From the NCBI RefSeq assembly GCF_020745735.1, contig NC_083419.1, positions 50,192,135 to 50,256,134 on the forward strand: a stretch of 64,000 bases of DNA, in the 5' to 3' direction. This document shows positions 24,394 through 37,760 of this stretch, piece after piece. The DNA comes from Hemiscyllium ocellatum. Its lineage: Eukaryota. Positions within the stretch are counted from its first letter, which is position 1; each line of letters opens with the position of its first letter. The notes below the pieces were generated by a model that was not told where the DNA came from, searched no databases, and worked only from the letters and a program-made list of their open reading frames with translations. A program made the position numbers and the translations under genes.

Positions 24394-25165
24394 CATCCTG
24401 TACACCATTGACCCTATTTAATATGCTGCACCTATCATCCTTTTATCACTGATTGTGATGTCTCAGATTGACTATTGTGTGTTTATGTCATATTCAAAGT
24501 GAAATATTTTCCCCACACAAGATTTTTATGGAATTTTCAAGCATATATCCACCTGTATTTTATAACACTTATGTCTCAAGTTACAAAAGAAAATAATCTA
24601 GAATCTTACAAGTGGAAATATAGCTTCTTAAAGCTAATAAATAATAGAAAGTTCAGTTCTACATAATGTAGCTGATGTTGTTTCTTCCATATAAAACTGG
24701 TAAGGTGGAGAAGGTGAGGCAATAGGAATGGTTAGCTGATGACATCAGTGGCTTTTTCTTCCCATTTTCTTTATCTCCTCCCACTTGCATTTAGTAACTA
24801 AACTGTAAAGACATGCAGACGCTTGCTGATCAGCATGCAGGAAAATGTGTGCCATGCAGGTTATTAAGATCTGGCAGTTATTTAAGGGGGGGATAAAGTT
24901 TTGGAGTGGCAAAACAGAAAGGAACGTGATTGAGTGGCTGGATGGTTCTGGGCAGGAAGACTTCTGTGGGAATGGAGTGGAGGTTGCTTTTCGCCAAGGA
25001 TATGGAGACAGGGTTGTGAATAGACATGATGAGAGCTAGTATATGTGAATGAATCAACATTTATACCTGGACCTGCATTGCGCACGATTCTTCTGGATGG
25101 AACTTTTGAATTAGATTAAGGCTAGCATTTCTGGAATGTCTCCCCTAGATCTGCTTATATCACCT

Positions 25166-25400
25166 AAAGGGAAAAAGTGAGGACTGCATTGCTAGAGATC
25201 ACAGTCGAAGAGTGTGGTGCTGGAAAAGCATTGTAGTCAGGCAGCATCCGAGGAGCAGGAAAATCGACATTTTGGGCATAAGCCCTTCATCAGGAAAGGG
25301 CATTCCTGATGAAGGGCTAATGCTCGAAACGTCGATTCTCCTGCTCCTCGGATGCTGCCTGACTGCTGTGCTTTTCCAGCACCACATTCTTTGACTCTGG
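25166..25400. mobile_element. Palindromic PLE-derived mini-element (family B), head-to-head dimer
   Basis: ~95-bp inverted arms centred near 25298. Hammerhead-like motifs at 25266-25293 (-) and 25306-25333 (+). TSD TATCACCT at 25158-25165 and 25401-25408. Confidence 0.9.
25306..25333 (+). ncRNA. Minimal type-I hammerhead ribozyme-like motif (best-preserved family B copy)
   Basis: CUGAUGA-A-GGGC-UAAU-GCUC-GAAA-CG-UC: conserved core, 4-bp stem II with one G.U, and a palindromic loop-less stem III. Activity untested. Confidence 0.6.
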
Positions 25401-25999
25401 TATCACCTGATGATGAGACAATGATGGGCAATATTGGCAGGTAGAAGTCCTGGCTTGGGCACACCAGCAGCATAACTGTCTCCATACAAATTTGGGATTT
25501 ACTTTAGTTTTCATCCTCATTTTACTAGGGATTCAAGTATTACCTTCAATATTTGTTGATCATTTACAAGCTTCTCACCATCTCATGTTTTTCTGTTTTG
25601 TTTTAGCTGTACAATTTGTTATCTTTTTGGGAAATAGATATATTGTTGATTTCATTGTGGATTTTCCACTCGCATCTTATTTCCCAGGAAAATAAAATTG
25701 GTTTCTGTCCTCATTTGTTTTTTCTGCTCCTTTTCAAATTTGTTTATTAATGTGATATTTCCTTGAATTCATTCAAGACGTATACTATATTGGTCAGATA
25801 TCAACATTTCAATGCACTTTTTGAGCTGATCTCTTACTTAGTTTACACTATTATCTGTTCCAAAGTAGCATTGAATCAGTAAGGAAATAACATGTGATTC
25901 TATTGATGATGCACTCCAAGATGGCGTAGTGAACCCAACTCCATTTGTACAATTAATGCAGCAATGCCAGGAACAAATGAGTGTGGGAAATAGAACGAA

Positions 26000-26480
26000 A
26001 GTTGCATTTTGATTAGCCCACATTGGACTACTAGGGACAGTTCTGGTCTCCATATTATAATAGATTAAGGGTCACTAGAGAAGGTGCACAAATGATTTAT
26101 TAGAATGAAATAATAATTGGGAAACTAAAGTGGTCATGAAAGACTAAAGAGGTTATCTATTTATGAAAGTTTATTAAAAAGGTTGATAAACTACTTATAG
26201 AGCAGATGTTTCCATTGTGGCAAGACTAGACCAGGAGTTCACGTAAAAGCGTCATTTACCCAGAAAGTATTGAAAATGTGGAAATGTCTATCATGGAGAG
26301 TAGTTGAGCAAAAGGCATGGATGCATTTTAAAAAGATTTTAAGGTAGTTAAGCACATGAAAGCAGAAAGAAATAAGAGGATTTAATGACGGACTGAGATG
26401 AAATAGGGTTGGGGGATGTGGTGCAGAGCATAAATTGTGCCATGGACCAATTCTGCACTGTAAATACAATGAAATCATTC
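26000..26480 (+). mobile_element. Very old CR1 3' fragment
   Basis: Degenerate PHLDY..QFWSPYY and LEKVH remnants. Confidence 0.55.
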
Positions 26481-26883
26481 TGTTATAATTAATTCTTTGT
26501 TCTCAAGGCCTTTATAATCCTAGATAGAAGCTAAAAATTTTCAGTCAACATAATTTTTATTCAACAAGCTTGTTTCATCATATAATCTACTTGGCCTGTG
26601 ATCACTATGCACAAACTTGCTTTCAATCCTTCGTCCATCCAACCATCTTTTGATACTTACTTCAATTTTTAGTTTTCCTGGCATCTTCAAATTTTGTGCT
26701 TTTTTGGCATTCTTTCTGATTTCCACCTTGTTTTGGAATTTTTAATCACCCATACAGCCATAATTCAATACTTGTTTAACTTGCATCTGATCTTCCTTAC
26801 GTTCCCATCCTATTCTGTCCCATCAGAGCTTTGTCATTTAGAGACATGTGAAACTGTTGAATAATAGCACTGCTTTAGCTATG

Positions 26884-27212
26884 CACTCACAGGATGTGGG
26901 GTCTCTGGCTTGGCCAACATTTATTCCCTAATTGTCCAAATGGCAGTAAAGACCACATTACTGTGGATCTGGAGCCACATGTAGGCCAGACCAGGTAAGG
27001 ATGATAGATTTCCTTCACCAAAGGACATTAGTGAACCACATCGGTCTGGCTGACAATCGACAGTGAATTCATCGTCATCATTAGAACCTTAAATATAGAT
27101 TCTTTATTGAATTCAAATTCCACCATTTACTATAGTGGGATTTGAACCTGGTCCTCAGAACGTTAGCTGAGTTTCTGGATTAATAGCAATAAAACCACTA
27201 GGCCATTGCCTT
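26884..27212 (-). mobile_element. tRNA-derived SINE sharing its 3' tail with the ancient L2/CR1-group LINE
   Basis: Minus strand starts GGCAATGGCCTAGTGG (A box) and has GGTTCAAATCCC (B box). It ends with a tail resembling 22300-22345. A fragment also lies at ~57575-57650. Confidence 0.65.
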
Positions 27213-28909
27213 CCATCAATTATCCACTGGAAGGACAAAAAATTAATGACAAATGAAAAGAAATGTTGGTTCTCAGCAGTAACTCAGATAGGCAAAGGTA
27301 CAAATGAACCAAAAATAGCTACTGATGAGGGGAAACCAAAAATTATAATCTTTTATATTTTAAACTACTGTACTTTGTTGGATTTCAACATTTTAAGTAG
27401 CACCTATTATATTTGCAGATGTTGTGATAAGGATTTAATATAAAGAATTTGGTAGCATTAGGTCAAAGGCTAACTGTCTATCTTTCATTAAAAATCTTGA
27501 TTTCCATCTACCTACAATTTAATGTTCAGATTATTGGATTATACTTTTGATTAGTAGTGTCTTCTTTTGTGGTCTAAATCACTACCTTAATTGACTTCTA
27601 ATGCTGTACTTAAGTTTTTTTAGTCCTTCTAGATTTTAATCTTACATTTCCCTTTAGAAATCAACATTTTTTTTCTCTCAGCAAATGACCTTTGTCCATC
27701 AGATTAAGTTTGATTGTTCCTTTGTGATTATCCAGCCAAGCTTTTCATTGTCATACCTGGTTTAAAGTTACCATCACTGCACCAGAAGAGGAGGCTGTGC
27801 CTGGATATCTGAGTGCCCTTTTCTAGCTTTTTGAGCCCTGCACTACCAAAAGAAAAATCAATTTGTCTGCCAAATGCCGCCCTCACAAATTATTCTGTTA
27901 GGTGATGTTGCTGGACTGTATCTCTGTCACCATCATGTCTCTACCAGCAGTTTTAATTGCTTGGAATCTTACTACTTTATCACCATTATAAAAAAAATCT
28001 TCTTGATATGCTCTCTATCCCATCAAAACATCTGTTAGTAAAAATTTCTTCTTTTCACCTTACCTCCAGCTCATTCTCGACACCAACTCTATACATTTAC
28101 CCCATTGTTTTTTACTTTTATCTATCATCCCTGTCTCTGTCACTCTTTTCCCTTTTTTGTCCCTCCTTTCATCTTCTCCTTCTGTATTCCACCTCAGTTG
28201 GTTCTTTCGCATCCTTCCCTGACCTTCATTTCCTCCCTTCTGTTCCTTTTACTTTCCTCTCCCTTCTCTCTGCTTCAACCTACCAATCCTTTTCTGACCT
28301 TCTGCTCCCATCACTCTCTCCTCTTTTCAACTCATGTTACTTTTCAGAAAAGATGACTTGTGATCTCAGAATAAATCAACCTTCTATTGGTGAATGAATA
28401 CTCAATATCATCTGTAGTGGCTGGAACATAGTCAAATTAGAATATATTTACAATGACTGAGAAAGTTCCATATTGTATTCCTAGACCATGCAGTGGCACA
28501 GTATCAATATTAGGTTAGGAAAAGTTTCATATGCATTTCATTTACTACTTTATATGTAATAAATGGCTTGCTACTTCTACTTTCCTACCCTTTTCTCAGC
28601 TACTCTGTAAATAAAATTATGAAGCAAAAAAACTAACACATTGTTATGTCAAAATAAAAGCAGACAAAAATTTGCAAATAATGATTAAATTTTATCATTA
28701 CTCTTTTTAGGATATAGAAATGTCATTGAGATAAAAAGACAATGGAAGTTTTTCAGAAAGCATTCAGTAAATTATGAGCAAAAGTACATAGCACAACCTA
28801 GTGATCAGAATGTGCAATTACAAAATCATGAGTTTACATAGATAATTCTATTACAAATTTGGATATGCAAATGTAAACATCATATACATTGGTCAATTTT
28901 GTTTTTTGT

Positions 28910-29730
28910 TAATGGTAACTGTCAACATCCTGGGATTACCACTGACCAAATCAGAGCTGTATGAGCCTTGTAAATATGGTGGTTAGAATCTGGGAATTCT
29001 GAGGTAAAAAAATGTGAGGGAATAATCTCTGCTTGCTTGGGTGAATGTATGTCCTACAATACTGAAGAAACTTGATACTATCCAGAACAAATTGAGTGAA
29101 TTGAGCTCGGTGCCAAAAAGAGTGAGGAAATTATGGTAATTAATATCAGCAGGGAAAGGTTATTTGAAAAACTGAAGGCACTAAAATCAGACAAGTCTCC
29201 AGGATCTAATGGCCTAAACCCTTGGGTTTTAGATAACTGCAGAGATGGTAATGTCCTCACTGTGGTTTTCCAAAATTCCTTAGATTCAGAAAATCCTATC
29301 ACATTGGAAGTTGGCAAATGTAACAATACTTTTTTTAAAAAGGGGGAGAAAGAGAACAGGTCAGTTACTCTAATATTAATTATTGGGAAAATGCTGACAC
29401 CTATTATTAAGAAAGCCTTAATGTTTTATGGCTAGAACAGGCAACATGGTTTCACAAAAAGGAAATCATGTTTAACAAACTTATTTCGTTTTGAATAGGT
29501 TAGCTGAAGAGAAACTGATGTCTTACACCTGGATTTCCAGAAATCATTTGATGAGGTCCTTCACAAATAGTTAATAGCCATGATAAGGACTCATGGAGTT
29601 GGGTAATATATTAGCATGCATATAGGATTTACTAAAGGGCAGGAAGTAGGGAATGGACATAAATAGGAAACTTGTAAGTTGGCAGACTGTAATTAGTGGA
29701 ATGATGCAAGTTTCAACACTGTGGTTTTCC
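28910..29730 (+). mobile_element. Adjacent old LINE fragments (L2-like 28910-29090, CR1 29130-29730)
   Basis: NILGLP...KKLDTIQNK remnant, then KSDKSPGSNG, QHGFTKRKSCLTNL and LDFQKSFDEV. Confidence 0.65.
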
Positions 29731-30678
29731 TATTTAAAATCTATTGCTGTCAGCTGCCCTTCATTCAAGGATGACATCTACTTAACATCTCAGGTTTCTG
29801 ACATGGGTCCTCACCTGACCTCAACAGATCCAGACACACAAATTACTGGGCACATAGTATGTTCCAAGAGGTAGTATGATTGATCCAGTTTGGCAGATTT
29901 ACTTATTTTCCTTACCTCTCTGCTATCACTCTTCATCATCATTAAGATGATTGAATTCAAAACATGATACTACTTGATAGACTGGCTGTTGCCATTTTGA
30001 ACAATTAGTTGCATCCTCCTCTCATTTGTTTAGGTCAGTGCTGATGTGCTTTGTGAGTGCTGGTCATTTGAGAGTGGAGAGAAAAGGACCCATTGAGGAG
30101 ATTCTTTTCAGTCATTGAGAAGCAGTGTCCAGTGTATTATATTTGAATTCAGATTTGAAAGCTTGTTGAGCTGGCTCCAAGAAAGACTGGTGTTTGTTCA
30201 ATTACCTCCCATTGAATCTAGAGAATGTGCCAGAAGTATTACTTGTGGAATTTCTTTAATGCTGTTAAGTGTAACGGATGCACAGTTCAGATTATATTGC
30301 TGTACAGGAGTATGATGATGACCACTGCTCTGAACACTAGGACTTCTATTGACCTGTGGAGATTTGTGTTGTGAAACACTCAGTTCCATTCTTTTGTGCA
30401 GCTGATCTAGTGTTGGATCTCCTCAATATTGAAGAAGGATTGGGTGCCAAGACGTGCTCAACATATTCCAGAGTCTCTCCTTTAACATAAGTGGAATAAG
30501 GAATATTTGATGAACCAGTTCGAGGTTGAGAACAGGAGTTTTATTTTGGTAACACTCAAGGCCAGATTTCATGGGATATAGAATTGAAGAAACCGAGAAT
30601 GACTCTCAAAACTAGTGTTGACTTGACAATGAAATCATAGTAGTTAGCATACTTTAGGGCATGTATGTCTATGCTGGT

Positions 30679-30942
30679 CAAAGTTAAAAAAACACACAAC
30701 ACCAGGTTATAGTCCAACAGGTTTATTTGGAAGTACGAGCTTTCAGGGTGCCGCTTCTTCATCAGGTGGTTGTGGAGGATAAGGTCATGGTCACAGAATT
30801 TCTAGCCAAAGGATCCAGTGTCATGGAGATGTGATACATGAAACAATTTTAGATTAAATCTTTCATCTTTTAAAATTGGATATGCTGGTTTCTGTTCTTT
30901 GATATGTAAATCCCAGAACTTCTTTTAAATTACATTCTCAAG
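30679..30942 (-). mobile_element. PLE pLTR fragment (family A)
   Basis: Collinear with ~66-335 (CAAAGTTAAAAA..ACAACACCAGGTTATAGTCCAACAGGTTTATTTGGAA...TACATTCTCAAG). Confidence 0.85.
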
Positions 30943-32114
30943 ATATTCTCAATTGCAGACAGATCATCATGAACCACATGTGTGATTGAGATGTAGTCAC
31001 TTAGACATCCAAATCTCGCAGACCAATCCTTGGAGTCCCGCAATTTACTAAATCAAATGCTGTGATGTGATGGCCGAATGCAATGAAGAGTTTCTGGTAT
31101 TGTTTTCAACATTTTTCTTTGATTGGCTACAAAGATTGAAGGTCTAACCTCACACCATGTCTTTGGTTGGATTTCTTTAGCTTGAAGGAATAGCCGATTC
31201 AGGAGAAAGTGTGCAAACGTTTTCCATGGCATGGATGCTTTTAGTCTGCATATTTAGCAGGTATAGCCAACATCTCCAAGACCTCTAAAGAAATGCCTGA
31301 CAGTCCCAGAAGACATATCTCTGAAGAAGAGAGTACCAAGGCCTCAGAGGAAGCATTGGCAAGGCTGTCTCAATCACAATCACCAACCTAGATACAGTCA
31401 CATTGGTGGAAACATTTGTCTTTCAGGGTGTGGGACCACAACCTGGAGAGCACCTCACTTTGGCATCTCTGCAGAGGCTGAGGAAGAAAATCCTTAGTCT
31501 GCTGGCACTTGGAAGAATACTGGAGATCAGGCACCTGCTCAGTCTCAGGCAGGAAAGGACCCTGTGGAGTCAAAAAACAGGGGCTTCATCCACATGCACA
31601 GGGTGGAACAGTAATGTCAGACAGTTATCTGGAATGCAATGACCCTCATTGTTCAGCAACTATATCATGCTACTGTGCCAGGTTGGCAGCTGGAATGGAG
31701 AGCCAAGCCCAGCACCCTCAGAGTCCTGGAAAGGCACAAACATCTGGACCCCATTTCCCCAGCCATTGATTCAAAGGATGCAGATACCCTGTCCTCACAA
31801 GGAGACAGAGTGGTGCCAAGATGCACACAGACAGATACAGAACCACATATGGCCCCCCTCAGATGTTTGCAGTCAGGACATTGCAGAGGTGACTAGGTCC
31901 TCTTCCACCCTGCCTGTCCCCTCTGACTCTTGAATATTCATGGTGAAGCCCATCCTTGAAATGTTGATCCCAGGATTGCCTGATCAAACCTCTGGGACTG
32001 ACAGGCTCCACTATCAAGCAGGCTCCCTCCACCCTAGCTGTAAAATCAGGGAGAACACTAAGATGTAGTGACAGGGAGTCAAGGAAGAAGGAAATTTGAC
32101 ATCACTTTGGTGGC

Positions 32115-32267
32115 ATGATGTGGAGGTGCTGGTGTTGGACTGGGGTGGACAAAGTCAAAAATCACAAGACACCAGGTTGTAGTCCAACAGATTTATTTGA
32201 AATCACAAGCTTTCAGAGGGGTGCTCCTTCATCAGGTGCAGCAATGAAGGAGCGTTGCTCTGAAAGC
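32115..32267. mobile_element. PLE-derived mini-element (family A) with a short inverted arm
   Basis: Matches 41-152. Motif AGCTTTCAGAGGGGTGCTCCTTCATCAG (-) is followed by the inverted ATGAAGGAGCGTTGCTCTGAAAGCT (+). Confidence 0.8.
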
Positions 32268-32397
32268 TCACTATGTAGAACCAAATGCATTGTTACACTA
32301 GCTGGAATCATTTAATTTTCATGGATGGAGGTCTGTGCTGAGAGCCTGCTGTATTATAAGGAAGCAAATGGAAAACATTGAAACATTGAAAATTTGG

Positions 32398-33160
32398 CTC
32401 TTCACCACCCTCTGGGTGAAGAAATGTCCCCTCATCACAACATTAAATGACCTACCATATCCCTTTAAAAATGTGGCCTTTGCCTCTGGATTCCTGGTCA
32501 TTGGGAACATTCATCGTGTGATTACTCTGCCTAATCTTGTTATAATTTTATAGATTCCTATGAAACACCCCTCATTCTTCTAAACTGTTGAGAATATAGT
32601 CCTACAGATTCAATCTCTCTTCATACATCAGTCCTGCCATCCCAGGAATCAGTCTGTTAAACCTTTGTTGTACTCTGTTCATAGCCAGAACATCCTTTCT
32701 CAGATAAGGAGACTAAAACTGCACAAAATATTCCAGGTGTGGTTCTTATGAAGGCCTTGTACAATTGCCGAAAGTCATCCCTGCTCCTGTATTTCAATTG
32801 TCTCACTAAAGGTAAACATACCACCTACCTTCTTTACCTCCTCCTGCTCCTGCATGATTACTTTTAACGAATGGTGCACAAGGACACCCAGGTCTCATTG
32901 AACATTCCTCTTTTTCAAACTATCGCCACTTAGAAAATAATATGCCTTCCTGTTTTTACTACTGAAGTAGATAAGCTCACATTTATCCACATTTTACTCC
33001 ATCTGCTATGCATTTGCCTACTCATTCAACTTGTCCTAATCAAACTGAAGCATCTTTGTAATCTCCTCAAAATTCAGCTTCCACTCAGCTTTGTGTCATC
33101 TGCAAACTTGTAACTAATTTAAATCATTAGTATATATTGTGAATAGCTGGACCAAATACT
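32398..33160 (-). mobile_element. Old CR1 LINE 3' fragment
   Basis: Minus-strand FADDTK (GTGTCATCTGCAAAC at ~33093) and MRGHFFTQRVV. Confidence 0.85.
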
Positions 33161-33623
33161 AGGTAACAATAGCATCGGGTCATGGTGACACCTTTGGCTC
33201 CCCTCCTGAACAGCCTCTGTATCAAGCATGTACCAAAATGAGTTTTCTAAGCAATATGGCAATGAGGTGCAACACGAGGGTTGGGTGGAATAGAGATCCT
33301 GCAGTTCATCATAATCAGTTTGTGGGTCTGTGTACAATGCCCTTACCTAAAGCCCGAACATCAGTGGGTGCTACAGCTCACCCCCCTCCACTCAAAGTGA
33401 AGTCTCTCTAACTCGAAGTGTGGTCACAACCATTTTCTTCACCATTGCTCACTTTTAATTTCCAGTGTGATGAAAGGCAACGGTGAAGACTCCTCAGCCA
33501 CTGCCTGAACATGTCTGGGAGGTCCTAAACATCCACATCCCCTTCTTAGTACCACATGCCAACAGCTGCACACTTCATCCACTTAGCCATCAATGGGATA
33601 ATGCCAGATTCCATCATTCACTG

Positions 33624-34215
33624 GATGTAGGTTTGCTTGCTGAGCTGGAAAGTTCATTTTCAGACGTTTGGTCACCATACTAGGTAACATCTTCAGTGAG
33701 CCTTCGAATGAAGCACTAGTGATGTAGCCCACTTTCTATTTATATGTTTGAGTTTCCTTGGGTTGGTGATGTCATTTTCTGTGGTGACGTCATTTCCTAT
33801 AGTGGTGTCATTTCCTGTTCTTTTTCTCGGGGGTGGTAAATGGGATATAAGTCAATGTGTTTGTTGATAGAGATCTGGTTGGAATGCCATGCTTCTAGGA
33901 ATTCTTGTGTGTGTCTCTGTTTGGATTGTCCTAGGATGGATGTGTTGTCCCAGTCGAAGTGGTGTCCTTCCTCATCCATATGTGAGGATACTAGTGAGAG
34001 TGAGTCATGTAGTTTTGTGAGTAGTTGATGTTTATGCATCTGGTGGCTAGTTTTCTGCTGTTTGTCCAATGTAGTGTTTATTACAGTTCTTGCAAGGTAT
34101 TTCGTAAATGACAGTATGGTGACGAAATGTCTGAAAATGAACCTTCCAGCTCAGCGAGCAAACCTACATTCAGATTCTCAATCTGAGCTACAAATCTTCT
34201 CAAAACTCTCTAAAA
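33624..34215 (-). mobile_element. Penelope-like element (family D): 5'-truncated, with inverted pLTR
   Basis: ORF 33797-34069 (GHHFDWDNTSILG..QRHTQEFLEAWHS...INKHIDL) is a GIY-YIG C-terminus. Arms 33624-33683 and 34113-34172 are inverted. Exact 14-bp TSD TCCATCATTCACTG at 33610-33623 and 34216-34229. Confidence 0.9.
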
Positions 34216-36004
34216 TCCATCATTCACTGCCCACGCATGCCACTCCCCACTCTGAAATCAGGGTGCTCCTGCCCATAGGCAACCCCCTTCCCAGCTGTGT
34301 TTTACTGGAATTGTTCCCCTGATCTTCCAGTTACTGTTGTTCTCCTTAGCAACTGTAGTATGCTTCACAGCTGCAGATTCATGTGAACCTGTGCCTAGCC
34401 CGTGCAGAGACTTTCAGGTTTCTCCCTGGTGCAGTTTACAGGAATGTTGGAACTGACTACAAAGTGGCACAGTAAATTGTCTGAAAGGGAGCAGAATCTT
34501 TCACAAAGACATTGATAAGTTAAAAAATTGGGCAAAACTGGCAGATGGAGTTCAATCTGGGGTCCGAGGTCATCCATTACATATTTAATAATATCATTAG
34601 ATTTATCCATTAAATTGTCTTTTCTGCCTTCAAATACCTTAATTAAGAAGTTTCACTTTAAAATTTAAGCCTGTCTGAGGCTGAGACATTAACTAGATTA
34701 TTTTCCCCCTTGTATCATAGTAGTTATAGAGTGATTGAATTTTCCAGCTCATTGCAACAATGCCTGCTCTCTGAAAGAGCTGTGTACTTAGCCTCATTTT
34801 CCTGCCCTGTTTCTTTCTGCATTTTTCAACATGTTCCTTTCAAAAGGTAATTTGGCTATTGCTTTCACAAACCTTGCTGGTAAATATTCCATTTCCTAAC
34901 AGCTGTCTATATAAAGAAAAATACTCTCCTAACCTCTTGCTTTGTTCCTAATTGATGGCCTCTAGTTACCAACTCACCAATCAGTGAAAGTGTTTCCCTT
35001 ATTAAAGCCTCTCAACCACATCTGTGAATTCTGAGTATTATGATTTGTATCATTTCTCAGTGAGCAACAGCATCAGTGGATTTCTCCCAGTGTCTCTATT
35101 TTTTTCTTTTCAGCTTGCTATAAATATATCTAAATGTTGCAAATATATAACATATAGACATGTAAAAGATTTGCAATCATGTATTTTAGGATCGGCGAAA
35201 TTGCCCAATTTCTATTGAAAATCATTTTAAATGTAATCTGATGTCCAACCTCTGTTAGAGTTTTGTCTTAATTTGCCCCACTTGTTTTAATGCTTCCACC
35301 TTCTTTCCCCAGGTTTCATTGAAATGTAAAAGTGTACTTGCATTTGCTCTCATGCATGAAAGTACAGTTTAATCTTTCTGTGATCATCCTGAGAACTTTC
35401 CAAAAGGTTGCCAGTTCCAGCTTCAGATCTTGGGCAGGCCTGAAAGATGAAGAATTGTTCAGGACTGTGGGTGAAGTGGGATTTGGAGGCACGAGGAAGA
35501 TGAGTGCAGTGGTTCTTGGCTTACTTTCTCACTTACGATCTCCAACTGTTGGCAAACCCATCACAGCATCACTCCTCCTGAACAGTCAGTCAGATCACAT
35601 CTCCCGAAACACAGGATGTGCCACCTATCATTCATACCAGTTTTTGTCACTAGAAGGGTGGGATGTCTGCAAGTAACACTTTTTAACCTTGATATCTATT
35701 TTAAAGTCAAGAAAGCCCTAATGGTCATGAACAAACTAGAATGGTACATTAGAACAGAAGTAGGTGAGGCACATTTTCCTCAGGTAAATTTTGTCAGTCC
35801 ATTGTGCAAAATGCCTTGAAGCCCCCGGCTCAGTCTTTCCAGAAACCTGGATCTTCCACATTGCTGCCAACCCCAAAGACTACCGATTCTCCTCATTCCA
35901 TTTATCAATATTGGCATAGTCAAGGCAGCTCAAATCCTTACTGTAGAATGGAACAGCTTCCATCATAGGCATTAAATTTCACCTTCTATAATTTTAAAAA
36001 GCGA

Positions 36005-37760
36005 TCACAGAATTGTTACGGTACATTGGCTCTCTGAGCATTTTGGCTAAGTGCTAAACTCCAGCCCTTTCTCCATAATGCTATGCATTGTTTTGATGTA
36101 AATAATCATTCAATGCCCTCTTGAATACCTCAATTGGACCTGACTCCACCACACATGAGGCAGTGTATTCCAAACCCAGTCCACTCACTCAGCTCACATT
36201 AGCTTCTTTTATATCTGCTTCTTGATCCTTTTGTATATAGGAACAGTTTCTCCCTGTTCAAACTCCTCGTGGTTTTGAAAACTTATGTAAAATCTCACCT
36301 TAGCCACCTTCTACCCAAGGAGAACTGTCATAACTTCTCCAATCTATCCTCATAACTAAATTTCTCATCCCTGAAACCATTCTTGTAAACCATTATCTCC
36401 AATGTCTTCACATCTTTCCAGAAGTATGATGCCCTGAACTGTACAGAATAGTCCAGCTGAAATCTAAGCAGTATCTTACAACTTCCCTGCTCTTGTAATG
36501 AAACTCGGAAATCAGTATGCTTTATTAACGGCACTTTCTAACTGTCCTGCCACAGTAATGAGATATGTGCACAGACAGGTCTCCTTGCTTCGGCATACCC
36601 CTTAGAATGGTACCTAGTCTTTTATACTATGTCTCCATGTTCTTTATTCCAAAGATTATCACCTCACACTTCCCCCTATTAAAAGTCAACTGCCACTCAT
36701 CTGCTCTCTCCATTATCATCTTTCTGGAGTCCTTCTCACAGTTTACAATCCTTCCAAAATTTTGAAATTCTGCTCTGTACACTTAAGCCTACATTAACTA
36801 TGTATCAGGAAATGCCAACATCCTAATACCTCTCCTTGGGTAGCATCTTTCCCTAGAAAAACCCTCTTGCTCTTTGTTTCCTATCCCAGCCAACTTTGCA
36901 TCTATGTTGCTACTGTCCCTTTTATTCTGTGATCTATCACTGGCTTCACAACTTTGTCATGTGGCACTGTATTGAACACCTTTTAGAAATCCATGGATGG
37001 CACGGTGGCTTAGTGGTTAGCACCAGCGTCCGAGGTTTGATTCCACTCTCAGGCAACTGTCTGGGTGGAATTTGCGCATTCTCCTCATGTATGGGTGGGT
37101 CCCTCCACGTGCTCCAGTTTCCTCCTACAGTCCAAAGATGTGTAGGTCAGGTGAATTGGCCATGCTAAGTTGCCCATAGTGTTAGGTGCATCATTCAGAG
37201 GGAAATGGGTCTTCAGAGGGTCGGTGTGGACTGGTTGGGCCGAAGGGCCTGTTTCCACACTGTAGGGAATCTAATCAAATCTAATCTAATCATGTATATC
37301 ACATCAACATCATTACCTTCCTCAATCCTCTCTTTTACTTATTTAAAAAATGTAAGCAAATTAGATTGACATGATCTTATCTTAATAAATCCATGGTGAC
37401 TCTTCCAAGTTAACCCACAGTTTTCTGTGTGATTATTAATTCTATCCCAAATAATTATTTTCTAGAAGTTTCCCCAACGTTAAAGTTAAACTTACTCAGA
37501 TGTAATTACTGGGCCTATTTTTTAACTCTATGTTGAATGAGTGTATAATGTTTGCACCACCTTAAATCAAAGGAAGATTGAAAGATGATTGTCAGTAACT
37601 CTGCCATTTCCACTGTCCTTTCTTTCAACATCCTTGGACATATCTCATTCAGTAAGATCTCATATAAAACCTTATCAACTTTAAGCACTGACAGTTTGTC
37701 CAAAGCCATCTCAACAGTTTTAAACTGTTCTAATGACTGAGTTTCCTCCTCTGTCTCCAT
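36005..37760 (-). mobile_element. Old CR1 LINE, degenerate, split by a SINE
   Basis: ORF remnants 36328-36534 (LDYSVQF..YFWKDVKTLE) and 37515-37760 (LKVDK..ICPRMLKE..AELLTIIFQSS). Confidence 0.75.
36996..37292 (+). mobile_element. HE1-type SINE
   Basis: GGCACGGTGGCTTAGTGG head, GGGCCGAAGGGCCTGTTTCCACACTGTAGGG tail and (TAATC)n. Confidence 0.9.

Noticed and set aside
27957-28397. 146-aa hydrophobic ORF
   Set aside because: Produced by pyrimidine-rich low-complexity sequence (similar tract at ~13280-13530).
31300-32100. GC-richer stretch with several overlapping short ORFs
   Set aside because: No motif, consistent frame or splice pattern that I can support. Possibly an old transposon relic.
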